64,000 nucleotides of DNA from Clostridia bacterium (GCA_017405765.1 JAFQZS010000047.1:8367-72366), one strand, 5' to 3'; counted from the first letter of the stretch, positions 39,239 through 47,853 are shown. The notes: a model not told the origin generated them from the sequence alone. Made by a program: numbers and translations.

Positions 39239-40231
39239 ATGATAAAACGCATGACGGCGCTTGTCCTTATACTGATTTTCGGTCTTACTCTGCCCGCTTG
39301 CGCCTTTGACGTATCGGATGAAGGCGAAAACGCGAGGGATGCGGGCGCCTTTATTGATGTGCCCGCTGACGCGTGGTACGCCGAAGCGGCAGCCTCCGTT
39401 TGCGAACGCGGCCTTATGACGGGCGTCGGCGAAGGCAGGTTTTCGCCCGACGGCCACTTTACGCGCGCGCAGCTTGCAACGGTGCTTTACCGTATGGCGG
39501 GCGAGCCGGAAGCTTCCTCAGAGGACGGCTTTACGGATACCGATCCCAACGCATGGTATGCGCGGGCAGTTTTTTGGGCGTGGCAAAACAAAGTTATAAA
39601 CGGCGTAGGCGACGGCCTTTTCGCGCCCGACACGCCTGCTACGCAGCAGATGCTTGTTACCATGCTTTGGCGCATGGCGGGCGAGCCTGCGGCTTTAAAG
39701 GCAGAAGATGCAGACGAATATGCTTCCGTGGCTTCAGGCTGGGCAAGAGCGAACGGCGCAGCGCCCACACAGGGAGAATATGTTTATGCGCCAAAGGAAA
39801 CGGCAACGCGCGCTCAGACGGCTTATATTTTAGAAAGATATCTTGACCTTTCGGACGCGGCGCAGCCGCAGGCCGAAAAGATAACGCTTACTGCGGCGGG
39901 GCGCACGCTCGAGGTGGAATGGTATGAAAACAGTACTGTCGAGGCGCTTCGGGAACTTTTAAAGAAGGGTGACATAACTCTTACGATGACCGACTACGGC
40001 GGCTTTGAAAAAGGCGCGCCGCTTCCGGAAGCGCTGCCTGAAAACAATGAGCAGATGAATACAGACGCAGGAGACATAATTCTCTATCGCGGACAGCAGT
40101 TCGTGATCTATTACGATAAGAACAGCTGGTCGCTTACTCCGCTGGGAAAGATAACAGGCTTAGAAAAAAGCGAGTTGAGAGAACTTTTGGGAGAGGGCGA
40201 CGTTACGGCTGTGCTTTCGATCGGCGAATAA
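39239..40231 (+). CDS. secreted SLH-domain protein with C-terminal cyclophilin-like domain
   Basis: Signal peptide/lipobox-like LTLPAC. There are three SLH-like units (F.DV....WY...V......GLM.G....F.P....TRAQ.A..L.R). The C-terminal segment ITLTAAGRTLEVEWYENSTV...DAGDIILYRGQQFVIYY matches the cyclophilin-like fold family. Confidence 0.8.
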   Translation: MIKRMTALVLILIFGLTLPACAFDVSDEGENARDAGAFIDVPADAWYAEAAASVCERGLMTGVGEGRFSPDGHFTRAQLATVLYRMAGEPEASSEDGFTDTDPNAWYARAVFWAWQNKVINGVGDGLFAPDTPATQQMLVTMLWRMAGEPAALKAEDADEYASVASGWARANGAAPTQGEYVYAPKETATRAQTAYILERYLDLSDAAQPQAEKITLTAAGRTLEVEWYENSTVEALRELLKKGDITLTMTDYGGFEKGAPLPEALPENNEQMNTDAGDIILYRGQQFVIYYDKNSWSLTPLGKITGLEKSELRELLGEGDVTAVLSIGE

Positions 40232-40301
40232 AACAAAGACGGCAGGCAGGCCGCAAGCGGCCGATGAAATCTTAGAAAGACAAAATAGGGGGCAAAGGCA
40301 A

Positions 40302-40838
40302 ATGAAAATCATTCTTCTTATGGGCAGTCCCAATAAAAACGGTTCAACGGCGATATTGGCCGCCGAATTTATGCGCGGCGCGCGCGAGGCGGGACATGAC
40401 GTTGAATTTATAGACGTATGCCGCGCGGACGTCCATCCGTGCACGGGATGTGTGCGCTGCGGCTATGAGGGGCCGTGCGTTCAAAAGGACGGCATGGAGA
40501 CGATCAGGGCAAAGCTTCTGTCGTGCGATATGGTCGTATTTGCCACGCCGCTTTATTATTACGGCATGAGTGCGCAGCTTAAAACGACGATAGACCGATT
40601 CTGTGCATTTAACAGCAGCCTGAACTCTCGAAGGCTCCGTTCGGCGCTTATTTCCGTTGCGTGGAACGACGACGACTGGACGTTCGATGCGCTTACGGCG
40701 CATTATAAAACGCTTGTGCGATATGTAAATCTTAAGGATATGGGAACGGTGCTCGGACGTGGCTGCGGCACGCCTGCGCAGACGAAAAGGAGCCGCTATC
40801 CCGATGAGGCGTATAAGCTGGGAAAAAGCGTTAATTAA
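40302..40838 (+). CDS. flavodoxin-like / NADPH-dependent FMN reductase family protein (iron-sulfur flavoprotein-like)
   Basis: MKIILLMGSPNKNGST, C..C..C, VFATPLYYYGMSAQLK..IDR. Confidence 0.75.
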   Translation: MKIILLMGSPNKNGSTAILAAEFMRGAREAGHDVEFIDVCRADVHPCTGCVRCGYEGPCVQKDGMETIRAKLLSCDMVVFATPLYYYGMSAQLKTTIDRFCAFNSSLNSRRLRSALISVAWNDDDWTFDALTAHYKTLVRYVNLKDMGTVLGRGCGTPAQTKRSRYPDEAYKLGKSVN

Positions 40839-40852
40839 AGAAGGGAAGCTTT

Positions 40853-41059
40853 ATGTATAACAAAACTATAAAGCTGTGCGAGGGTGTGCGCACCTGCGGC
40901 GTTGATCGCCGCGGGCTTTTCGTTACGTCGAAGGCGCGCGCTTGAAGCGCAGCTTCGGGAGCTTGCCAACAGCACGTCGGCAAGCTGCAAGCGATCACGG
41001 ATGAACATTTTGCAAAGCCCACGCTTGTTTTGGATTTTGAACCTGACACAGACGAATAA
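40853..41059 (+). other. 68-codon reading frame with RBS and terminator, interrupted by a single in-frame TGA (40943-40945)
   Basis: The GAAGGGAAG RBS is followed by ATG. The translation reads MYNKTIKLCEGVRTCGVDRRGLFVTSKARA-TGA-SAASGACQQHVGKLQAITDEHFAKPTLVLDFEPDTDE-TAA. A terminator lies 10 nt after the TAA. Confidence 0.35.
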
Positions 41060-41069
41060 AGATAAAAGC

Positions 41070-41104
41070 AAAACGGGAGCAGTTTGACGGCTGCTCCCGT
41101 TTAT
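41070..41104 (+). terminator. intrinsic terminator
   Basis: A 10-bp stem ACGGGAGCAG/CTGCTCCCGT followed by TTAT. Confidence 0.55.
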
Positions 41105-41163
41105 GATCCCGACTCTTCTAATGGACAAAAATGCGGAAACACGCAAAAAAAGTCAATAGCCTG

Positions 41164-41192
41164 TTGTAAACCCCTCTGTTTTTGGGTATAAT
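41164..41192 (+). promoter_or_regulatory. orphan sigma-A-like promoter immediately upstream of a terminator hairpin
   Basis: TTGTAA (41164-41169), a 17-nt spacer and TATAAT (41187-41192). Confidence 0.35.
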
Positions 41193-41202
41193 GCTAATGA
41201 GC

Positions 41203-41247
41203 AAAAGCACGGCAGCGGCAATAAAACCGCTCCGTGCTTTTTGTTAT
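41203..41247. terminator. bidirectional terminator hairpin; copy 1 of a 45-nt direct repeat
   Basis: AAAAGCACGGCAGCGG-CAATAAAA-CCGCTCCGTGCTTTTTGTTAT. It lies 15 nt after the stop of the minus-strand XRE gene. Confidence 0.7.
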
Positions 41248-41261
41248 GATAGTTTTTTATA

Positions 41262-41630
41262 TCATCCGAGCTTACCTGTCTTGCCGGAAATCGACTTTGA
41301 TGAGTTTTGCGTCTGTCTTGCGTTGATTTTAATAAAGGCTTTGCCTTGCTCCAAATAAAGCTCCTGCTGCTGTGAAGACAGCGAGCGGAAAATTCTTAAA
41401 AGCTCGTTTTCTTTTTCGCTTTTTGTTTGCGCGTTCGGAAGCCCCAAAAGGTAATCCGCCGTAACGCCGAAATATCGGGCAAGCAGCTTTAACGTCTCAA
41501 AATCGGGCTCGCTTGTTCCCTGCATATATCCGCCCAAAGTCGAGGGCGGCATCATTAGATCGGATGCGAGCTTTTTTTGTGTGATATCATGTTCATCCAA
41601 AAGTTCCCGAAGTCTTTCTGAAAAAGTCAT
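41262..41630 (-). CDS. XRE family helix-turn-helix transcriptional regulator
   Basis: LRELLDEHDITQKKLASDL.MPPSTLGGYMQG.SEPDFETL..LA.YFGVTADYLLG is a Cro/C1-type HTH. Confidence 0.85.
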   Translation of the reverse strand: MTFSERLRELLDEHDITQKKLASDLMMPPSTLGGYMQGTSEPDFETLKLLARYFGVTADYLLGLPNAQTKSEKENELLRIFRSLSSQQQELYLEQGKAFIKINARQTQNSSKSISGKTGKLG

Positions 41631-41775
41631 AATGCCGCACCTGCCTTCGCGAAAGATTTAATCAAGCTAATTGTAAGAGATATGATAAGACAAACGTTCT
41701 TAAAAACTTGTAAAACGTTGACAAAACGAGATATACGTTATAAAATCGAATTATGGAAAAGGAGGGAGTGAAATT

Positions 41776-42639
41776 ATGAGCATAAGCATTCATACAGCCG
41801 CAAACACGGTGCTGCAAATGGAAAGCGATTTGCAAAAGCGGCTGAAAGGAAAAGACAAAAAGTTCTGGCAGAATACTTATATCAAAAAGCAGATCGACAA
41901 GCGGATTGAGACGGGCGAAGAAGCACAGTTTACGCTTGAGGATCACATACGGGCTATGGTATACGCCATGCTGAGCTCATGCCGTAAGTGGTCGGAGATT
42001 GAAGATATGATCGATCCTGAAACAGGACGTATTCCCCCGGTAGACGAGGCATTTCTGCAATATGACACAAAACAGCTGCCTTCAACTAAAGAAGAGCTTC
42101 AAAAAATCGTTGAAAGCAAGCTGAATGATAAGAAATACCTTACCGATGTGCAGTATGAGGCGTTGGCCGAGGTCAATATTCCAAAGCTTATCGAGTGGAA
42201 TAAAAAGCCCGGTGGGATCGATGGATTTTACAAAACCTTTTTAGACCGTGACCCGACGGGATTATCTCTTGTTAAAGCGCTTTCCGAGACGGGAGAAAAC
42301 AAGCTGGCGGGGCTTGGCGAGGCCTTGGCGTCGGAGTATTTAAGAAACGTAGGTTACGACTATCCGAAGCCGGATCGCCATCTCAGAAGAATGCTCGGAG
42401 GAAAACGGCTCGCTTTCTCAGAAAGAGAAGATGCTACTCCCAAGGAAGCATTCGTCGCCGTGCGCGCAATCGCGGATGAAATCGGCCAAGAAGGGACAGG
42501 CCCCGCAAAGGTGGATTATATTCTTTGGTCATATTGCGCGTCCGGCTATGGCGAGATATGCACGGCGGATCCGAAATGCAGCGAATGCGCGGCAAATAAG
42601 CTTTGCCGCTATCCGAAAAGAAATGAGGCGGTAAAATGA
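41776..42639 (+). CDS. HhH-GPD / endonuclease III-like protein with C-terminal Cys cluster (atypical)
   Basis: An HhH-like segment LAGLGEALASEYLRNVG is followed by PKPDRHLRRML (compare the VDTHV.R motif of the Nth/MutY family). The C-terminal cluster is C-x5-C-x2-C-x5-C (CTADPKCSECAANKLC). The assignment is by motif only. Confidence 0.5.
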   Translation: MSISIHTAANTVLQMESDLQKRLKGKDKKFWQNTYIKKQIDKRIETGEEAQFTLEDHIRAMVYAMLSSCRKWSEIEDMIDPETGRIPPVDEAFLQYDTKQLPSTKEELQKIVESKLNDKKYLTDVQYEALAEVNIPKLIEWNKKPGGIDGFYKTFLDRDPTGLSLVKALSETGENKLAGLGEALASEYLRNVGYDYPKPDRHLRRMLGGKRLAFSEREDATPKEAFVAVRAIADEIGQEGTGPAKVDYILWSYCASGYGEICTADPKCSECAANKLCRYPKRNEAVK

Positions 42640-45338
42640 AACGAATAATGTATCTTGTTCTTTCGGCGGCTATGGTTTTTTCTATGCTTGCGGGAGCAAG
42701 CATAAATGTCGGAGCCACGGGAAAGGCCATAGAGATTTGGAGCATTGAGGATTTGTACGATATTCGATACGCTCCGGATAAAGACTATATCATGATGGCG
42801 GATATTGATATGGAAAAGGATAAAAACTCCGGCTATATGGGAACGGACGGGATTTGGCCTACGATAGAGTCGTTTTCAGGCTGTTTCGACGGAAACGGAC
42901 ATACTATCTCCTATCTGAACGCCAATCTCTTTACGACGAACAGCGGCGAGATAAAGGATTTGACTCTTTATGGGTCACAAGAACCCTTGCTTACAACAAA
43001 TGAGGGAGTTCTTGACGGTGTGACTGTAAACAGAGCCTCGTGTATAAACATGCTCGCACAGTACAATACAGGAAGCGTTTTAAACTGTAAGGTCTGTGAT
43101 TCGCATTTTAGTTATTTGGGTAAGGTTGCTCATGCCTACACATTGGCTAACTCAAGCGGTATGGTTTCGAATAACAGCGGTTTAATGGTGAATTGCGGTA
43201 TTATCAACTGTTCATGGCTTTTTGCTTATGATTACTACTACTATGGTAGGCATCCAAACGATGAGGTGTGTTACTCTCCTTGCAAGAAAGGTAACCAGGT
43301 CTACAATGCGGTTTTTATATGCAGTGCTATTTGCAGCAAAAATACCGGGACAATAAAAAATTCATTTTGTATAGCCAGTGAAGATGTCAACAAGGAATGG
43401 ACATATTATTATAACGATAAAGGCAATATAAAAGAAAGCATTTTTTTCTGCAAATATCAAGACGGTCAAATAGAGAACTGCTATGCCAATACAGACTTAT
43501 GCTATTATTCTAAAACCCAAAAAACTGGTTCTGTAAATTGCTTTTATACTACCTCAGGCACATTGACATGCGCAGACGATCCGCAGTTAACAAACTGCTA
43601 CGTTAATACGGGGAGCATATCATTAGAGCTTATGAAGCGCGAGAGCACTTTTTCGGGCTTCGATTTTGAAAACACATGGATAATTGATAAAAACGTAGAA
43701 TATCCTTATCCGCAGCTTCGTTCCAACAGGCAGGATGCGGCAAAGACGATTGAGAGCATCTCATTCAAAACCAAGCCGTCCCATACTACGTATACGGTGG
43801 AAGAGAGTATCTTGGCAGACGGGGAACTTACGGTAAACTATATTGACAACACTTCCGAAACCGTGCCGATCACAGCCGCCATGCTATCCGGATATGACAT
43901 GAGCGTTATAGGCGAACAGAGCGTGACCGTTACGTATCGTGACAAGTCGCTGACGTATACGATCACCGTAAAGCCACCGCACGCGGTTACCGGCGTTACT
44001 TTGATCTCCGGCCCGAATAAAACAGAATTTATAAAAGGCGCGGCGCTTGATTATACGGGAGCCGTAGTCCGTGTTCAGTATGCCGATGGAACATTTGAGG
44101 ATATAAATCTTACTCCGGACAACACAACAGGCGGCAGCACGGAAGCGACCGGTTTTTACAACGTGACCTATACAAACGGAGATTATAAGGTGACGTTTCG
44201 CATCAACGTAAAAGAAAAAGCCGCCGGAGACGACGGAGCGCCCGCCCCTGTGACGATAACGGATATACGCTGCACGAACGGAGCCGTTTCTCTCTCGTGG
44301 AAAACTGTGCCCGGCGCAGACGGTTACAGATTATACCGTAAGACCGGCAGCGGCAAGTGGACGACTATAGTTTCGTCAACAACGGCAACGTCGTACACGG
44401 ATACGACAGTGACCGAGGGCAAAACGTACACGTATACACTGCGCTCCGTTAAAGACGGCGCATGGAGCACGGGATATAACGATACGGCGAAGTCGATAAA
44501 GGTAGAGGCAGCGGCGCCCGAGCCTGTGACAATAACGGATATACGCTGTGCGAACGGCGCCGTTAGCCTCGCATGGAACACGGTACCCGGCGCAGACGGC
44601 TACAGATTATACCGTAAGACCGGGAGCGGCAAGTGGACAACTATAGTTTCGTCAACAACGGCAACGTCGTACACGGATACGACAGTGACCGAGGGTAAGA
44701 CGTACACGTATACACTGCGCTCCGTTAAAGGCGGCATATGGAGCACGGGATACAACGACACATCGAAGTCGGTAAAGGTAGAGCCGGCCGCGCCCGAGCC
44801 TGTGACGATAACGGATATACGCTGTGCGAACGGCGCCGTTTCTCTCGCATGGAACGCGGTCCCCGGTGCAGACGGCTACAGAATATACCGTAAGACCGGG
44901 AGCGGCAAGTGGACGACTATAGTTTCGTTAACAACGGCAACGTCGTACACGGATACGACCGTGACCGAGGGCAAGACATATACATATACTCTTCGCTCCG
45001 TTAAAGGCGGCGGATGGAGCACGGGATACAATGACACAGCGAAGTCGATAAAGGTAGAGGCAACTGTGCCCGAACCGGTGACAATAACGGATATACGTAG
45101 CGCGAACGGCGCCGTTACCCTTTCGTGGAAAGCTGTCCCCGGAGCAGACGGATACAGAATATATCGTAAGACCGGCAGCGGCAAATGGACGACTATAGTT
45201 TCGTTAACAACGGCAACATCGTACACGGATACGGCAGTGACCGCGGGCAAGACATACAAGTATACACTGCGCTCCGTTAAAGACGGCTTATGGAGCACGG
45301 GATATAACGACACAGCTAAGTCGATAATGGCTAAGTAG
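42636..45338 (+). CDS. large secreted surface protein: GLUG-type N-terminal region, Cys-rich region, two Big_3-like Ig domains, four FN3-like repeats
   Basis: Signal peptide MKRIMYLVLSAAMVFSMLAGA. IEDLYDIRY..DKDYIMMADIDM......WPTIESFSGCFDGNGHTISYL matches the GLUG-protein N-terminal pattern. Two ...GEQSVTVTY..KSLTYTITV-type Ig units follow. The last part is 4 x 92-aa repeats PVTITDIRC.NGAVSL.W..VPGADGYR.YRKTGSGKWTTIVS.TTATSYTDT.VT.GKTY.YTLRSVK. Confidence 0.8.
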   Translation: MKRIMYLVLSAAMVFSMLAGASINVGATGKAIEIWSIEDLYDIRYAPDKDYIMMADIDMEKDKNSGYMGTDGIWPTIESFSGCFDGNGHTISYLNANLFTTNSGEIKDLTLYGSQEPLLTTNEGVLDGVTVNRASCINMLAQYNTGSVLNCKVCDSHFSYLGKVAHAYTLANSSGMVSNNSGLMVNCGIINCSWLFAYDYYYYGRHPNDEVCYSPCKKGNQVYNAVFICSAICSKNTGTIKNSFCIASEDVNKEWTYYYNDKGNIKESIFFCKYQDGQIENCYANTDLCYYSKTQKTGSVNCFYTTSGTLTCADDPQLTNCYVNTGSISLELMKRESTFSGFDFENTWIIDKNVEYPYPQLRSNRQDAAKTIESISFKTKPSHTTYTVEESILADGELTVNYIDNTSETVPITAAMLSGYDMSVIGEQSVTVTYRDKSLTYTITVKPPHAVTGVTLISGPNKTEFIKGAALDYTGAVVRVQYADGTFEDINLTPDNTTGGSTEATGFYNVTYTNGDYKVTFRINVKEKAAGDDGAPAPVTITDIRCTNGAVSLSWKTVPGADGYRLYRKTGSGKWTTIVSSTTATSYTDTTVTEGKTYTYTLRSVKDGAWSTGYNDTAKSIKVEAAAPEPVTITDIRCANGAVSLAWNTVPGADGYRLYRKTGSGKWTTIVSSTTATSYTDTTVTEGKTYTYTLRSVKGGIWSTGYNDTSKSVKVEPAAPEPVTITDIRCANGAVSLAWNAVPGADGYRIYRKTGSGKWTTIVSLTTATSYTDTTVTEGKTYTYTLRSVKGGGWSTGYNDTAKSIKVEATVPEPVTITDIRSANGAVTLSWKAVPGADGYRIYRKTGSGKWTTIVSLTTATSYTDTAVTAGKTYKYTLRSVKDGLWSTGYNDTAKSIMAK
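44250..45338 (+). repeat. four tandem 276-bp coding repeats (FN3-like units)
   Basis: The GTGAC(G/A)ATAACGGATATACG landmark recurs at 44250, 44526, 44802 and 45078, an exact 276-nt period. The first two protein units differ at 8 of 92 residues. Confidence 0.9.
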
Positions 45339-45628
45339 ACAATCGAGATAACAGCCTCTCGCGACGAACGGTACTTAATTTGTTAGACGATATGGCACAT
45401 TGATTGTGAATGGAAGTTGTTCATGACAGGGGTTGAATCTATCCTTACAACCATATCGAATGTGATTGTATCTGTTTGGTAGTATAAGCGGCCGACGAAT
45501 CGGGCGGATTATTTCGACGACGGTCGCGAGTGGTTGGAGTTGGCCTGCCAGAGTGTTTACGACGGAGGTACGGACAGATACGCCATCAAAAATCCGCCTG
45601 CGGCGGATTGAATAAAGAAAATAAGGAA

Positions 45629-45674
45629 AAAAGCACGGGAAGCGGCAATAAAACCGCCCCGTGCTTTTTGTTAT
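45629..45674. terminator. bidirectional terminator hairpin; copy 2 of the 45-nt direct repeat
   Basis: AAAAGCACGGGAAGCGG-CAATAAAA-CCGCCCCGTGCTTTTTGTTAT. By hand alignment 43 positions are identical to 41203-41247. It lies 8 nt after the stop of the minus-strand NlpC/P60 gene. Confidence 0.7.
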
Positions 45675-45681
45675 ATTCTTT

Positions 45682-47853
45682 CTACGAAGCTGCGGCAGCC
45701 TCGGCGTTTGCATCGCCGGACTCGCTCGTTTCTGTCGGGCCTGCGTCCGCCGCTGTGTCTCCCGCCGTATCCGCAGCCGTATCGGCAGGCGCATCTTCGG
45801 CCGCCGTATCGGCTGCGGTTTCGCCTTCGCCTTCGCTTTCGACACTCTCCGCCGCCTCGGCTTCCGCCTGCGCCGCGGCTTCGGCGGCTTCTTTTTCATC
45901 TTCAAGCATATCGTTATATTGCATTATCACGGTCGCAAGCTGTGCGCGCGTAAGGTTCGAGCGGGGGCCTAGCGTCGATTCCGACGTTCCGGCAATAAGC
46001 CCCTTTATATGCGCCCAAAGCAAAGCTGTGCGCGCATAGTCGGAGATTTCCCCGCTGTCCTCGAAGCCCGCAAGACCCATGGCCCCGCCTTCGTCGGGTA
46101 CGCCCGCGCAGCGCATCATCATTACCGCAAGCTGTTCGCGCGTGACGCTCATGTCGGGCGAGAACTCCGTCTCGGACGTCCCGTTTATAACGCCCGCCTC
46201 ATATCCCCACGAAACGGCCTTCGCATAAGACGCGCCCTCGGGGATATCGGCAAACGCGGCGTCCGAGCTTTCGGGATCGGGCGAACCCGAAAGCCGCCAA
46301 AGCGCCTCGATCACCTCCGCGCGCGAAGCAACGTCGTCGGGGCGGAAGTATCCGTCGGGCGCATCCATAAGGCCGCTTTCGATGCAGTATTTCACGCCGT
46401 CGTGGTACCACGAAAGAGAAGGTATCGCGCTTTCTTCGCCGCTTGAGAGCTGCCACGGTATATAAACTTGTTTAAGCTCGCGCATCCACGTTTTGCCGTT
46501 CATGCGGCGCATATCGAGCGTGTTGAGCGTAACGCTTCGCACGCGCTGGCGCTTTCCTTCCTCCCACGGACTTGACACGCTGCCTATGGTGCTTAAAACG
46601 TAATATTCACCCTCGTATTCGCCTAAATACAGCATCTGGTGACCGGGGAAATTTAAGATCGTGCCGAGCGGCATTTCGTCAAGCACGGCCTCCTTTTCTT
46701 CGGTGGAGGCGTTTGCAAGATCGAGCTTCGGAAAATCAACTGCCCACTGCCAATTTACGTTCCGGGGAAGGTCGAGGCCGAAGCAGGAGTATATGCTTCT
46801 TACTAAGCTTGAGCAGTCCTCGTTGTTCAGTGAGCCGCCCCAGCCGTATGCGTCGCCCAAAGACGAGAAGGCGACCTCGGCGATATTCGCCTTCGTAAGC
46901 GGCAGATACCCTTCCGACAGCTTTTCGCGCGCGTTAAGGAGCGAGGCCTGCTTGCGGTAGCTGCCGTCCTCGCATCTTACGGGGAGATATGCGGCGTAAT
47001 TGTGAAGCGGCAGGCGGTTTATAACGAGCTCGCCGGGATCGGCGTCTATACGCTCAAACGAAGCGCCTGTCGTGATAAGGCGGCGCGAGGTCTCGGGGGC
47101 CGTTATCGAATAATCGGTATACATCTTGTCGCCGTAGAAAACGAGCCGCTTTTCATCGGGGATATCCCACGCAGAGAGCCATTCGTCGCGGTCGCGGCAG
47201 ACGGCGACGCAGTTTACGTCCACCCAGCCGGAGCAGCAGGAGTTGTATATGTGATAGAATTTGCCGTCGGCGGAGGTCGTAAAGATTACAACGGGCTCGT
47301 TTATTTTAAGGCCCACCAGCGCGCGATAGTCGAAGTCCGCATCGTCCATATCGTCGAGTATCGGCTTGTCCGTCGGCAGGCATATAAGCTCGGTGCGCTC
47401 CGTCACTATGCCGTAGCGCACGGGCATCTCGCGTTTCGCATGTCGGTCCTTCGTATTAGCTACCACCTTGTCGTAGTATTCCTGCGAGGCGATCTTGCCA
47501 CGGTCGTCATACGTCCAGCCGAGATAATACGCAGTATCGGCCTCGGCGCTCGCCTTTAAGCCTTCGCAGCGCGTAATACCGTTAAAGACGGCGGGCACGT
47601 TTTTAAGGTCGTGCATATTGCTGCCCTCCGCCGAAAGCGCGGCATCGTTTATGCGGGCGATCTCTTCGGGCGTGGCGAGCACGCCGTCCCGATCGTCCTG
47701 CAGCTCTGACCAAAACGACGCCTCGGTCATCTCATCCGTTATCCCGGGGAATGCCGAAGTTTCCGCCATTGCGGGCATGGCCGCACACGCGGCGACGCAC
47801 AAGCCGAGAAGCAATGACGCCATTCTCTTTGCAGTTTTTTTCATGGTTTTCAC
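45682..47853 (-). CDS. secreted NlpC/P60 cell-wall hydrolase with three SLH domains and an Ala/Asp/Thr/Glu-rich tail
   Basis: Signal peptide. NlpC/P60 catalytic region NEDCSSLVRSIYSCFGLDLPRN and PGHQMLYLG. Three SLH units (e.g. FADIPEGASYAKAVSWGYEAGVINGTSETEFSPD..VTREQLAVMMMR). The C-terminus is low-complexity and acidic. Confidence 0.8.
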   Translation of the reverse strand: MKTMKKTAKRMASLLLGLCVAACAAMPAMAETSAFPGITDEMTEASFWSELQDDRDGVLATPEEIARINDAALSAEGSNMHDLKNVPAVFNGITRCEGLKASAEADTAYYLGWTYDDRGKIASQEYYDKVVANTKDRHAKREMPVRYGIVTERTELICLPTDKPILDDMDDADFDYRALVGLKINEPVVIFTTSADGKFYHIYNSCCSGWVDVNCVAVCRDRDEWLSAWDIPDEKRLVFYGDKMYTDYSITAPETSRRLITTGASFERIDADPGELVINRLPLHNYAAYLPVRCEDGSYRKQASLLNAREKLSEGYLPLTKANIAEVAFSSLGDAYGWGGSLNNEDCSSLVRSIYSCFGLDLPRNVNWQWAVDFPKLDLANASTEEKEAVLDEMPLGTILNFPGHQMLYLGEYEGEYYVLSTIGSVSSPWEEGKRQRVRSVTLNTLDMRRMNGKTWMRELKQVYIPWQLSSGEESAIPSLSWYHDGVKYCIESGLMDAPDGYFRPDDVASRAEVIEALWRLSGSPDPESSDAAFADIPEGASYAKAVSWGYEAGVINGTSETEFSPDMSVTREQLAVMMMRCAGVPDEGGAMGLAGFEDSGEISDYARTALLWAHIKGLIAGTSESTLGPRSNLTRAQLATVIMQYNDMLEDEKEAAEAAAQAEAEAAESVESEGEGETAADTAAEDAPADTAADTAGDTAADAGPTETSESGDANAEAAAAS

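Noticed and set aside
45339-45628. About 290-bp non-coding stretch after the surface-protein gene, containing an 8-12-nt inverted repeat (CCTCTCGCGACG at 45355 and GGTCGCGAGTGG at 45522) and a perfect hairpin AATCCGCC-TGC-GGCGGATT (45591-45609). I considered it as an invertible switch or structured RNA.
   Set aside because: Only 8 bp of the inverted repeat are perfect, which is unremarkable at this spacing. No gene lies downstream in either orientation (it sits between two convergent stops). I recognise no ncRNA family. An open frame ending ...DYFDDGREWLELACQSVYDGGTDRYAIKNPPAAD has no start codon, so this is probably decayed gene sequence.
45375-45905. 176-aa extremely Arg/Lys/Pro-rich minus-strand ORF
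   Set aside because: Its 5' part overlaps, in another frame, the GC-rich Ala/Asp/Thr low-complexity tail of the NlpC/P60-SLH gene. The remainder runs through non-coding DNA. It has no RBS.
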